Source: Gammaproteobacteria bacterium (GTDB taxonomy: Bacteria > Aquificota > Aquificia > Aquificales > QOAS01). Taken from it: a stretch of 34,058 nucleotides of DNA. Both the position numbers and the translations under genes were made by a program. The DNA is taken from NCBI GenBank assembly GCA_003972855.1, contig QOAS01000154.1, positions 1 through 34,058 of the forward strand, written 5' to 3'. The notes below the pieces were generated by a model. It did no database searches. It saw only the letters and a list, made by a program, of their open reading frames with translations, and was not told the DNA's origin. Shown here piece after piece: positions 17,501-28,306 of this stretch (position 1 is the stretch's first letter; every line of letters starts with the position of its first letter).

Positions 17501-18586
17501 ATGAAACTCATTTGCGACCGCAGTCTATTGGAAAAAGCCTTAACCAAAGCCAAAGAGGCAACCGAAAAAAAAGCCGCCCTTCCGATATTGACAAACTTTC
17601 TTCTCTCCGCGGAAGGAGAAAATCTCGTTTTAAAAGCCACCGACTTGGAAAACTATTTAACCCTTTCCATTCCCGCAACCGTTATTGAGGAAGGTAAAGT
17701 TTGCGTTCATTCAAAAAAATTGGCGGACATAGTAAAAAACGGCAACTGTTCGGAAGTAATTTTCTCTTTAAACGGTTCCAACCTCGTGGTGGAATGCGGT
17801 AAGAGCAAATTTAAATTAGCAACGGTAGATGTGGACGAATTCCCCGAATTTCCCGAACCTTCGGAGGAAAACAAAACCACTTTGGAAGGAAAACTCCTAT
17901 TGGAAGCTATAGATAGAACCGATTACGCCATTCCCAAAGATGCGGAAAACTTAGTTTTAAACGGAATGTATATAAAGGGCAAAGAAGAGGAACTTCATTT
18001 TGTAGGAACCGACGGACACCGCTTGGCACTCTACAAACCACCCGTGGAGGGACTCAACCTAAGCCTCCTTTTACCCAAAAAGTCCCTAAAGGTTTTGAAA
18101 AAACTCGTAAGCGGATTGGAAGATTTGGAAATCTCCTCTTCGGAAAACTTTGCCTTCGTAAAGGGCGAAAATTGGCTTTTGGGTATCCGCCTCCTTGAGG
18201 GTGAATATCCCGATTACGAGGCGGTTATTCCTTCGGAAACCAATTACAACGCTTTGGTGAAAACCGAAGAGTTTATAAAAGCCCTAAAGAGGGTCACCCT
18301 TTTGGTAGAGGGAAAGGTAAAACCGGTAAGGATAACCTTAGGTGATAACCTCTTGAGGTTGGAAGTATCCGACCCCGAATTCGGAGAGGCTTCGGACGAA
18401 ATTGAAGTGGAATACATAGGTGAACCTATAAGCGTGGAATTTAACGCCAAATACCTAATTGACGCTTTGGACAACTTTGACAGCGAAAAAGTATGGTTGA
18501 AACTGGTTGACGAAGACTCTCCCGCCCTTTTGGAAGCGGAAAGTTCGGAACCTTACCTGTGTTTAATAATGCCCATGACCATTTAA
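17501..18586 (+). CDS. dnaN: DNA polymerase III beta sliding clamp
   Basis: 361 aa. N-terminus MKLICDRSLLEKAL......LPILTNFLL, internal VGTDGHRLA, C-terminus ...CLIMPMTI. Confidence 0.93.
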   Translation: MKLICDRSLLEKALTKAKEATEKKAALPILTNFLLSAEGENLVLKATDLENYLTLSIPATVIEEGKVCVHSKKLADIVKNGNCSEVIFSLNGSNLVVECGKSKFKLATVDVDEFPEFPEPSEENKTTLEGKLLLEAIDRTDYAIPKDAENLVLNGMYIKGKEEELHFVGTDGHRLALYKPPVEGLNLSLLLPKKSLKVLKKLVSGLEDLEISSSENFAFVKGENWLLGIRLLEGEYPDYEAVIPSETNYNALVKTEEFIKALKRVTLLVEGKVKPVRITLGDNLLRLEVSDPEFGEASDEIEVEYIGEPISVEFNAKYLIDALDNFDSEKVWLKLVDEDSPALLEAESSEPYLCLIMPMTI

Positions 18587-18590
18587 GGTT

Positions 18591-20506
18591 CTATCTCCTT
18601 TTCTCTAACATCCTTTGGTCGGGAGTGGGGGTTATCCCCAAGTAGGAAGAAACCCTGTTTACTATTTCCGCCCAATAGGGTGCCGCCACCGTTCCGCCGT
18701 AAAGTAGATACCTACGGGGGGATTTGGGTTCATCAACCAACACCAAAAGAACATATTTAGGATTGGGGTAGGGAAAAAATCCTATAAAAGAGGTTACGTA
18801 ACGGGTTGAGGAATACCTTCGGAGTTTAGGGTCGTAAACTTGGGCGGTTCCCGTTTTACCTCCCACTAAATAGTAATAGGGGTTCGCCTTTTTCCCCGTT
18901 CCCCTCACCACTATTTGACGCAAGGTATCCAAAATCCATTTACGGGTTTTTTCGTCAAAAAGAGGCTCCGTATTCAGGTATTGGGGGCTTGAAACTTTTA
19001 CAACCTTTCCGTCCTCCCTAATTACCTTCTTAATGAGAATCGGACGGGGGGCATAACCGGTAAGCAAAGCGGCGTAGGAGCTTATCAAATGGGCGGGTGT
19101 AAGAGCCAACCCTTGTCCAAAGGCTATGTAAAGGCGGTTGGCGGGCAAATTCAGATTTGGTATGAGACCTTTCGTCGCACCGGGGTAGTTTACAATTTTC
19201 TCGTTCCACCCGAGAAGGTTTATAAGCCACTCTTCATCCTCCTTCGTTAGTTTCCTTGCTATTTGAACCACCCCGACATTGGAGGAGTGAACCAAAACAT
19301 CCCTTACCGACAGATATCGGGTGGGAAGTCTCTCCGCATCTCTTACAATGTGTCTTCCTATATAAGTCTTACCCCCGTCTATGTAAATTTTTTCATCCTC
19401 GCTTATTCTTCCTTTGTAGAGTGCCAAACCGACGAAAAAAGGTTTTATTACCGAACCCATTTCAAAAACATCGGTAAAGGCTATGTTTTTACTGCTTAAA
19501 AATTCCTGCCAATTTCGGAAAGGTTTGTTGGGGTCAAAATCGGGATATACCGCCAATCCCAAAACTTCCCCCGTATAGGCATCCATTAAAAATAGGACAA
19601 CCTTTTTGGGTTGCCATCTGGCGATTATTTTCCTCTTTACATCCTCAAGTATTGCCTGAATGGTGTAGTCTATCGTGAGGTAGACATCGGAGGTAAAGTT
19701 TTTCTTGAGGAGGGAATAAATTTCCCCTTCCACCAACCTGAGTCCCGAGGGAATTTTTTCTCCTTTGGGGGGTCTGAGGGGTCCGTAGCTATAAAAAATT
19801 TTTACCGCTCCCGCATAAAGGTATTTATCCGCAATTTTCTCTATCCCCGCCCGTCCCTCGCCTTCTTTGGATACGAAACCTATGGTGTTTGCCAAAAACC
19901 TACCGTGGGGATAAACCCTCTTGTTGGAGGCTATAGCACCCGTCCAATAGAGGACTTTAAATATATGGCACGCCTTCTGTAGGTAGAAATCGGTCTCTTC
20001 CCCCAAATGGGAGCATATTTGGAGTAACCTCTTTGGGGAAAAGGTGGATTTTTTGAAAACCTTTCTAAGGTATCTCCTTTCACGCCTCCAGAGTTCCCTC
20101 CTTTTGGCGGTGAACTTCAGATAAATTTCCCTGTCGGGTGACTGAAATAAGGTTACATACCTATCCCCCTTGGAGAGGAGTTTCAGTATCAATTTAGGTG
20201 AAAGGTTGAAAACTTTTGAAAAACTACGGGCAAAGAGCCTCTTTTCCTCCTCACTCAGTTTGTCCACAATGGCGTAATAAACATAGGTGTTTATCGTAAG
20301 GGCTACGGGAACGCCGTCGGAGGTGTAGATAACCCCCCTCCAACCGGGCAAGGTTATAGCCTTTTTATCGGAAAAGTGGGATAGAAGCTCGGAAAATTCT
20401 TCGTCGTCCATTAAAACTTGAACTTGGAAATATCTAAAGCCCAAAAGTAAAAACATAACTAAAAAGAAGAAATAGAGGTAGTAATAACGAAACTTTGGAA
20501 TTTGCA

Positions 20507-20507
<1 letters not shown>
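18591..20507 (-). CDS. Class B penicillin-binding protein (PBP2/FtsI-type transpeptidase)
   Basis: 638 aa with an N-terminal TM helix and the motifs SVIK (SxxK), SSN (HSSNVG) and KTGT (GGKTGTAQ). Confidence 0.88.
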
Positions 20508-23211
<2,704 letters not shown>

Positions 23212-23240
23212 TAAAAGGAAAAATTTAAAATCTCCAAACA

Positions 23241-24467
23241 ATGGCGGGATTTATAAAGGCTCTCTTAGATTGGAGGAAATTGGAAAACCAGACCCTTTAC
23301 GCAATTATTTTAGCGATAATATTAGGGGTTATTCTGCCCGAACTCGCTCAATACCTAAAGGTGGTAGGGGATATTTTCCTAAGGCTTCTCAAAGCTATAG
23401 CAATTCCATTGGTTATAACCTCTATTTTCGTCAGCATAGTTTCCTTGGGTTCTTTAAGGGAGCTAAAGAGCTTGGGACTAAAGGCGATAGCCTATTATAC
23501 AGCCACCACCTTTTTGGCGGTTTTGACCGGTCTTATAGTCGTAAATCTGTTTTTTGGAAACGGTTTCTCCTCGGGAGAAGTTTCCCACTCCCAAACCTTC
23601 CAAGCAAGGGAGATATCCCTCCAAGATTTCCTCGTCGGTTTTTTCCCTTCAAATATCTTTCAAAGCTTGGCGGAAGGGAAAATCGTCCAAATAATTGTCT
23701 TTACCGTTTTACTCGCCTTGGGAGTTTTGGCAATTAAAGAAACCCTTAAGGGGAAGGAGACGGTAACAAACCTCTTTGAGGGTTTAAACGAAGCCTTTCT
23801 CAACACTGCGGGTTGGATTATCAAACTAACCCCTTTGGGGGTCTTTGCCATCGTCTACTACACGATTGCAACCCACGGGCTTGGCGCCTTTTCCTCTCTT
23901 TGGAAATACGCCTTGGCGGTGGTTTTGGGATTGCTTTGGCACGCAACGGTAAATTTGGGACTTATAGCCTACCTTTTGGCTAAGGTCAAACCCCACGAAT
24001 ACTTTGCCAAAGTTAGGGAAGCCCTCCTTATAGCCTTTTCAACCGCCTCCAGTAGCGCAACATTGCCCGTTTCCCTGCGGGTTGCCCAAGAAAAGGGTGG
24101 GGTTGATAAAAAGGTTGCGGGATTCATTCTACCTTTGGGGGCAACCGTCAATATGGATGGAACCGCACTATACGAAGCGGTGGCGGTAATGTTTATCGCC
24201 TCTATGTATGGAATAGATATGGATTTAACCAAACAGGTTATTATTTTGGTAACCGCAACCTTGGCGGCAATAGGCGCGGCGGGAATACCCAGTGCGGGAT
24301 TGGTTACCATGACTTTGGTTCTCACCGCGGTGGGTCTGCCCTTGGAGGGTATAGCGATTATTTTGGCGATAGACCGATTTTTGGATATGCTTAGAACTTC
24401 CGTAAACGTTTGGGGAGACCTAATAGGGGCTAAATTGGTGGATAACCTCCAAAGGGGAAGGCTATAA
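23241..24467 (+). CDS. Dicarboxylate/amino acid:cation symporter (DAACS family, GltP/DctA-like)
   Basis: 408 aa polytopic membrane protein with AFSTASSSATLPV and GATVNMDGTALYEAV signature segments. Confidence 0.88.
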   Translation: MAGFIKALLDWRKLENQTLYAIILAIILGVILPELAQYLKVVGDIFLRLLKAIAIPLVITSIFVSIVSLGSLRELKSLGLKAIAYYTATTFLAVLTGLIVVNLFFGNGFSSGEVSHSQTFQAREISLQDFLVGFFPSNIFQSLAEGKIVQIIVFTVLLALGVLAIKETLKGKETVTNLFEGLNEAFLNTAGWIIKLTPLGVFAIVYYTIATHGLGAFSSLWKYALAVVLGLLWHATVNLGLIAYLLAKVKPHEYFAKVREALLIAFSTASSSATLPVSLRVAQEKGGVDKKVAGFILPLGATVNMDGTALYEAVAVMFIASMYGIDMDLTKQVIILVTATLAAIGAAGIPSAGLVTMTLVLTAVGLPLEGIAIILAIDRFLDMLRTSVNVWGDLIGAKLVDNLQRGRL

Positions 24468-24512
24468 TTAAATCTTTTGGTTTTTTGCAAAACTATAAAG
24501 GGAGGACTAAAA

Positions 24513-24725
24513 ATGGCAAAATGTTACGTTTGCGGTAAACATACCGTTTTCGGAAGGAGCGTAACCTTCTCCGGAGAGAGAAACCCCAGAAAATTTAAAC
24601 CCAACCTCCAAAAGGTTAAAATAGAGCTTCCCGACGGTAGCCACAAGAGGGTTTACGTTTGCACCAAATGTTTAAAGGCTGGAAAAGTTAAGAGGGTTGT
24701 AAGGGTCCCCAAAGGGGAGGTTTAA
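24513..24725 (+). CDS. rpmB: 50S ribosomal protein L28
   Basis: MAKCYVCGKHTVFGRSVTFSGERNPRKFKPNLQKVKI.... GGAGG (24501-24505) lies 7 nt upstream of ATG 24513. Confidence 0.9.
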   Translation: MAKCYVCGKHTVFGRSVTFSGERNPRKFKPNLQKVKIELPDGSHKRVYVCTKCLKAGKVKRVVRVPKGEV

Positions 24726-24726
24726 T

Positions 24727-25377
24727 TTGCCCTCCCTAATTTTACTTCTCGGAGGAAAAGGCAAACGCTTCGGCGGAAAGAAACAATTTTTAACCTTTGA
24801 AGGTAAGTTCCTCTTTGAGTTACTTCTTAAGCGTATAGAAGACCTCTTTACCGAAATCGTTTTGGTAGCCCCCGAAGAAGACCTAAATTGGTTAAAAGAT
24901 AGATTTCCCCAATTTAAGTTTGCCAAAAGTGGAAAGGAAAGACAATTTTCGGTCTACAACGGTCTAAAAGAGGTAACCCAAGAGGTGGTGGTAGTTCACG
25001 ACGGAGCCCGACCCTTGGCGGGTAGAAAACTCTTTGAGGAAGCCTTAAACTTAGGAGATTGCGACGGCAAAATTCCCGTAATTCCCTTAAGGGATACGGT
25101 AAAAGAGGTTTCTCCCGAAGGTGAAGTTATAAGAACGATACCCCGAGAGGGTCTGTTTGCTGTTCAAACCCCCCAAGGGTTTAAAACCGAAGTCCTAAAA
25201 GAGTGTCACGGAAGGGCTTTGGAAGAAAACTTTTTGGGAACCGACGACGCGGTTCTCCTTGAAAGGTGTCAAAAAAGGGTTTGCACCTTTGGGGGTAAAG
25301 TTACAAACTTAAAAATTACCTATCCCGAGGATTGGGAGATTGCAAAATGCCTCTTAAGGAGCTTGGAAAAATATTAA
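24727..25377 (+). CDS. ispD: 2-C-methyl-D-erythritol 4-phosphate cytidylyltransferase
   Basis: 216 aa with LLLGGKGKRFGGKKQFL, VHDGARPL and FAVQTPQGF. The TTG start is 1 nt after the rpmB stop. Confidence 0.88.
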   Translation: MPSLILLLGGKGKRFGGKKQFLTFEGKFLFELLLKRIEDLFTEIVLVAPEEDLNWLKDRFPQFKFAKSGKERQFSVYNGLKEVTQEVVVVHDGARPLAGRKLFEEALNLGDCDGKIPVIPLRDTVKEVSPEGEVIRTIPREGLFAVQTPQGFKTEVLKECHGRALEENFLGTDDAVLLERCQKRVCTFGGKVTNLKITYPEDWEIAKCLLRSLEKY

Positions 25378-25706
25378 ACTGGAAACTGTTACTGCTGTCG
25401 CTATTTTCCGCAACCGCACTGCAGTTTTACGTTGCGGTTAGACAAAAGGTTCCCTTTCAGGTTGAAGTTCCTATAGAAGGTATCCCCAAAGGTTACAAAG
25501 TCTTCCCCGAAAAGGCTATTATTCTCGGAAAAATTTCGGAGAAGTTACACCGCGAAGAGGTTTTAAATTGCTTTAAAGCCACCGTAAAGTGGGAAAAAGG
25601 AAAGAAATACCTCCAAGTTGAGGTAAAAGTTCCCATTCCTTCAGTCTTTGTGGAGATAGAAAGCGTTCACCCCAAAATTGTTCAGGTTAAACCAAGTCCT
25701 TTTTAA
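25347..25706 (+). CDS. Hypothetical membrane-anchored protein (single N-terminal TM helix, beta-rich, possibly YbbR-like)
   Basis: ATG 25347 gives MPLKELGKILNWKLLLLSLFSATALQFYVAV followed by ..VEVPIEGIPKGYKV...VEVKVPIP..V..VHPKIVQV. It overlaps the ispD 3' end by 31 nt. Confidence 0.4.
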   Translation: MPLKELGKILNWKLLLLSLFSATALQFYVAVRQKVPFQVEVPIEGIPKGYKVFPEKAIILGKISEKLHREEVLNCFKATVKWEKGKKYLQVEVKVPIPSVFVEIESVHPKIVQVKPSPF

Positions 25707-26286
25707 CCACTTCCCCGCGGGGTGAAATTTCTTCAAAAACCAAACCTTGGAAGGTTTTAACTTTGGTCTCGTCCCAAAGCCAGCAATCGGGGGGAAGACC
25801 CGCTTTTAAACAGGTATGGGATAAAAAGGTTTGGGCGTCCCAACCGTATTCTATCGGCACTTGGGGAAGCAAAAGTCCGCTTCTACCCATAGCCTCAACT
25901 ATTAGTCCGTCCCTTCCCACCTTTATAAGTTTCGGCAAAAGCCTTTTATCTTCCACTTTAAGCTCCCGCGGAGGGGTTAAAACGGTCAGCTCCAAAGTGG
26001 TGTTATTTAATTCCTCTTCGCTTTGCAAAGGGACAAAACGGGGGTCTTCAAAGGCGGCACTCAAAGAAGCTTGAACGGTAGCCTTCCAAAGGGGTAAAAC
26101 CGGATAGGGAAAACCTATACATCCCCTAAGGTGTCCTCCCTTTTTCAGTGTAACGAAAACCCCCGCGGGTTGGCTAAATTTTTCCTTAACCCATTGGGGA
26201 ACCTCTATATCCTTACCCTTTAGGGCGTTTTCTATAACACTCCTCGCCAGGTTTATTAAAATCTTGGCATCGTCGGTGGTAATCAT
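25687..26286 (-). CDS. AMMECR1-domain protein
   Basis: AGVFVTLKKGGHLRGCIGFPYP is the AMMECR1 signature. ATG 26286 (MITTDDAK..) is preferred over the upstream TTG. Confidence 0.85.
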   Translation of the reverse strand: MITTDDAKILINLARSVIENALKGKDIEVPQWVKEKFSQPAGVFVTLKKGGHLRGCIGFPYPVLPLWKATVQASLSAAFEDPRFVPLQSEEELNNTTLELTVLTPPRELKVEDKRLLPKLIKVGRDGLIVEAMGRSGLLLPQVPIEYGWDAQTFLSHTCLKAGLPPDCWLWDETKVKTFQGLVFEEISPRGEVVKKDLV

Positions 26287-26343
26287 AAATTTGAAAATTA
26301 ACCGCAAATTGAGCGTTAAACTGTTAAACTTTAACGGGGAAAG

Positions 26344-26964
26344 ATGAACCTTACCAGCAAAAGGGAAATATTAAAAAAAATTTATGAACCCTTCGGGCTT
26401 TCCTTGGCTTATTTAAATATTCCGCCCAATGCGATTACCTTGCTGTCAATAATAGCGGGAACTCTTTCCGCTTACGCCTTTTATACCCACCATGTTTTAA
26501 CGGGGGCTACATTGCTCGTTATCTCCGGTTTGCTGGACTTGGCGGACGGAATAGTAGCAAGACACAACGACAGGGCTACGAAATTCGGCGCGGTTTTGGA
26601 CTGGCTGGCGGATAAATTTGTGGACGGTTTGGTTTTGGGAGCGGTGGCGGTTGCTTACGCCAACCCTTGGATTGCCATAGTGCTTATAACGGTAAATATG
26701 CTCCACACCTTTGTAAAACCCGTTGCGTATGCGGAAATAGGCTTCTCCCAAAGGGAAAAAGGGAAAATTTGGGACCCCCTGGAGGGGGTAGGATTTTTCG
26801 GAAGACCGGAAACCCACATAGCGTTGGTATTTTTTGCGGTGCTGGAGAGGTTTATAGGCGGAAGTCTCACCTTGGGGGTTTACTTCATAACGGTTATGAC
26901 CACCTTGTCGCTTATCCAAAGGGTCTTCTACCTTTATAGGAGGTTTGGAAATAAATTGGACTGA
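26344..26964 (+). CDS. CDP-alcohol phosphatidyltransferase family protein (inositol-phosphate/archaetidylinositol-phosphate-synthase-like size class)
   Basis: 206 aa multi-TM protein with DLADGIVARHNDRATKFGAVLDWLADKFVD, matching D-G-x2-A-R-x8-G-x3-D-x3-D. Confidence 0.85.
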   Translation: MNLTSKREILKKIYEPFGLSLAYLNIPPNAITLLSIIAGTLSAYAFYTHHVLTGATLLVISGLLDLADGIVARHNDRATKFGAVLDWLADKFVDGLVLGAVAVAYANPWIAIVLITVNMLHTFVKPVAYAEIGFSQREKGKIWDPLEGVGFFGRPETHIALVFFAVLERFIGGSLTLGVYFITVMTTLSLIQRVFYLYRRFGNKLD

Positions 26965-26967
26965 TTG

Positions 26968-27143
26968 CCCGTTATGGAAAGCCCCTCAGTAGGTTAGTGA
27001 CCTCCTCCCCTCATCAGAGATGAGGGGCTTCCCGCTTCATCGTGGGCAAAGCCCACTCCACGGGCGTTACTTCCCCGCGGTCCACGGGTAGGGCAGACAT
27101 TAGGCGGTCTGCCAGCGCCTTTAAAAAGTTTAAGCTTTACGGG
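26968..27143. ncRNA. Candidate structured RNA or palindromic element of unknown family (GC-rich, hairpin-dense); strand unresolved
   Basis: Long-range helix CCCGT..AAAGC (26968-26982) with GCTTTACGGG (27134-27143). It encloses at least three local hairpins: 27007-27027 (9 bp), 27042-27056 (6 bp) and 27092-27113 (7 bp). By eye GC is about 60%, against AT-rich intergenic DNA elsewhere. No protein-like ORF. Confidence 0.4.
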
Positions 27144-27188
27144 TCGCAGGGGATTTTTTCCCCTGCAGTTATTCCCCCTTTTTACACT

Positions 27189-27215
27189 ATTATATCACCA
27201 AAAACAAAAAATCAA
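27189..27215 (-). promoter_or_regulatory. Candidate minus-strand promoter with extended -10, reading into the structured element
   Basis: On the minus strand: TTGATT (27215-27210), 15 nt spacer ending TGa, TATAAT (27194-27189). The 15-mer CTTGATTTTTTGTTT is identical to the tRNA-Pro promoter at 308-322. Confidence 0.4.
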
Positions 27216-27290
27216 GACCTATCGGATGCCATTCATCCCCCCATCATAGATGAGGGGCTTTCTGGCGTGATTTCCTGTAAAAATGTTTCC

Positions 27291-28268
27291 ATGGACTGGG
27301 AAAGTTACCTAAAACGGTTGGAAGACAGCTCCATAAGGGGTGAGGTAACAAAGGAAGACCTTTTGAAGTTACCCCAAATCCCTACCGAGTATCTCCCCCT
27401 TATGGTTTACCACGCGGGAAAGGTTAAAAAACACTTTTTCGGGAACGAAATAGAATTCTGCAGTATCGTTAATGCAAAGTCGGGAGCCTGCTCGGAAGAC
27501 TGTAAATTTTGCGCCCAATCGCGCCACTACAATACCCGAGTTCCCGTTTATACCTTTTTGGATGAAAAGGAGATTGTAAAGGGAGCGGAGTTGGCAAACC
27601 TTTTCGGCTCCAAGCGTTACAGTTTGGTTTTAAGCGGACGCTCCGCCGGTGACCGAGAAATTGAAAGAATGGTTTCCGTAGCCCGAAGAATAAAGGAAAA
27701 GCTACCCCAACTGAAACTGTGCTTTTCCGCGGGGACACTAAACGGGGAACAGATAAGGAGACTAAAAGAGGCGGGCTTTAGCAGACTCCACTGCAATTTG
27801 GAGACCTCCGAAAGGTTTTTCCCGCAAATAGTTTCCACCCACGGTTGGAGGGAAAGATACGAAACCCTTTTGAGGGCTAAAGAGTTGGGATTGGAAACCT
27901 GCTCAGGGGGTATTTTCGGTTTAGGGGAAACTTGGGAGGACAGGGTAGATTTGGCTCTAACCCTTTCGGAGTTGAAAGTAGACTCCATACCCCTAAACTT
28001 TTTGATTCCGATACCGGGAACACCCCTTGAAGGTCAAAAACTCCTTTCACCAAAGGATGCCCTTGTGACTGTAGCCATATTTAGGTTTGCCTGTCCCAAA
28101 GCGGAACTACGGCTGGCGGGAGGTAGGGAAAGGATTTTGGGGGATTACCTCGGAATGGCAAACTTTATGGTAAACGCCCACATGGTCGGCGGGTATCTAA
28201 CCCGTGCGGGCAGAGACCCCCAAGAGGACAAGAAAATGGTTGAAGGAATAGGTCTTAAACTTATTTGA
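27291..28268 (+). CDS. bioB: Biotin synthase (radical SAM)
   Basis: MDWESYLKRLED... with CSEDCKFCAQS (CxxxCxxC). The upstream 83 codons of the track ORF cover the structured GC-rich element and look non-coding. Confidence 0.9.
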   Translation: MDWESYLKRLEDSSIRGEVTKEDLLKLPQIPTEYLPLMVYHAGKVKKHFFGNEIEFCSIVNAKSGACSEDCKFCAQSRHYNTRVPVYTFLDEKEIVKGAELANLFGSKRYSLVLSGRSAGDREIERMVSVARRIKEKLPQLKLCFSAGTLNGEQIRRLKEAGFSRLHCNLETSERFFPQIVSTHGWRERYETLLRAKELGLETCSGGIFGLGETWEDRVDLALTLSELKVDSIPLNFLIPIPGTPLEGQKLLSPKDALVTVAIFRFACPKAELRLAGGRERILGDYLGMANFMVNAHMVGGYLTRAGRDPQEDKKMVEGIGLKLI

Positions 28269-28274
28269 AAATTC

Positions 28275-28297
28275 CCCCGCTTTGCGGGTTTAATATT
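28275..28297 (+). terminator. Weak candidate intrinsic terminator after bioB
   Basis: CCCGC-TTT-GCGGG (28276-28288) followed by TTTAATATT. The stem is only 5 bp. Confidence 0.25.
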
Positions 28298-28306
28298 GAA
28301 GACTTT

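Noticed and set aside
23212-23241. Longer prmA start at TTG 23241
   Set aside because: It would begin on the same nucleotide as the divergent symporter ATG and adds a non-conserved MFGDFKFFLL. ATG 23211 is preferred, although neither start has a strong SD.
23969-24490. 173 aa minus-strand ORF. Similar long shadow ORFs occur at 2853-3329(-), 20751-21167(+), 23123-23737(+), 26497-26919(-), 27617-27988(-) and 8688-9092(+).
   Set aside because: All lie antisense to, or out of frame within, confidently identified genes. They have low-complexity or skewed composition and no recognisable motifs. These are typical shadow ORFs.
27092-27182. Possible cobalamin riboswitch on the minus strand. In order it has AAAAAGGGGGAA, a hairpin with a GAAAAAAUCC-type loop, GACCCG, and a B12-box-like CUGGCAGACCGCC.
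   Set aside because: The P1-P3 5' strands would have to lie upstream of the predicted TSS. The GCCACUG core is missing. The distance to the B12-box-like segment is too short. No downstream minus-strand gene exists for it to regulate. The resemblance is probably fortuitous, and only cmsearch with RF00174 could revive it.
27007-27260. CRISPR-like reading of the two 24-nt repeats
   Set aside because: There are only two copies, about 206 nt apart, and no cas genes. This is not an array.
26968-27262. Identity of the structured element as RNase P RNA, tmRNA, SRP RNA, 6S RNA, or a TPP or SAM-I riboswitch
   Set aside because: The conserved cores are absent on both strands: GGAAAGUCCGGGC/ACAGAA..GGCUUA for RNase P, a tRNA-like GGUUCGA..CCA 3' end for tmRNA, GGAAGCAGCC for SRP, and CUGAGA plus ACCUGAUCUGGAUAAUGCCAGCG for TPP. 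The multi-hairpin layout does not fit the single long 6S hairpin.
27042-27290. N-terminal 83-codon extension of the bioB ORF (MGKAHSTGVTSPRSTGRADIRR...)
   Set aside because: It covers the GC-rich hairpin element and has no resemblance to BioB N-termini. The canonical BioB sequence starts cleanly at ATG 27291 (MDWESYLKRLED..). I treat it as non-coding.
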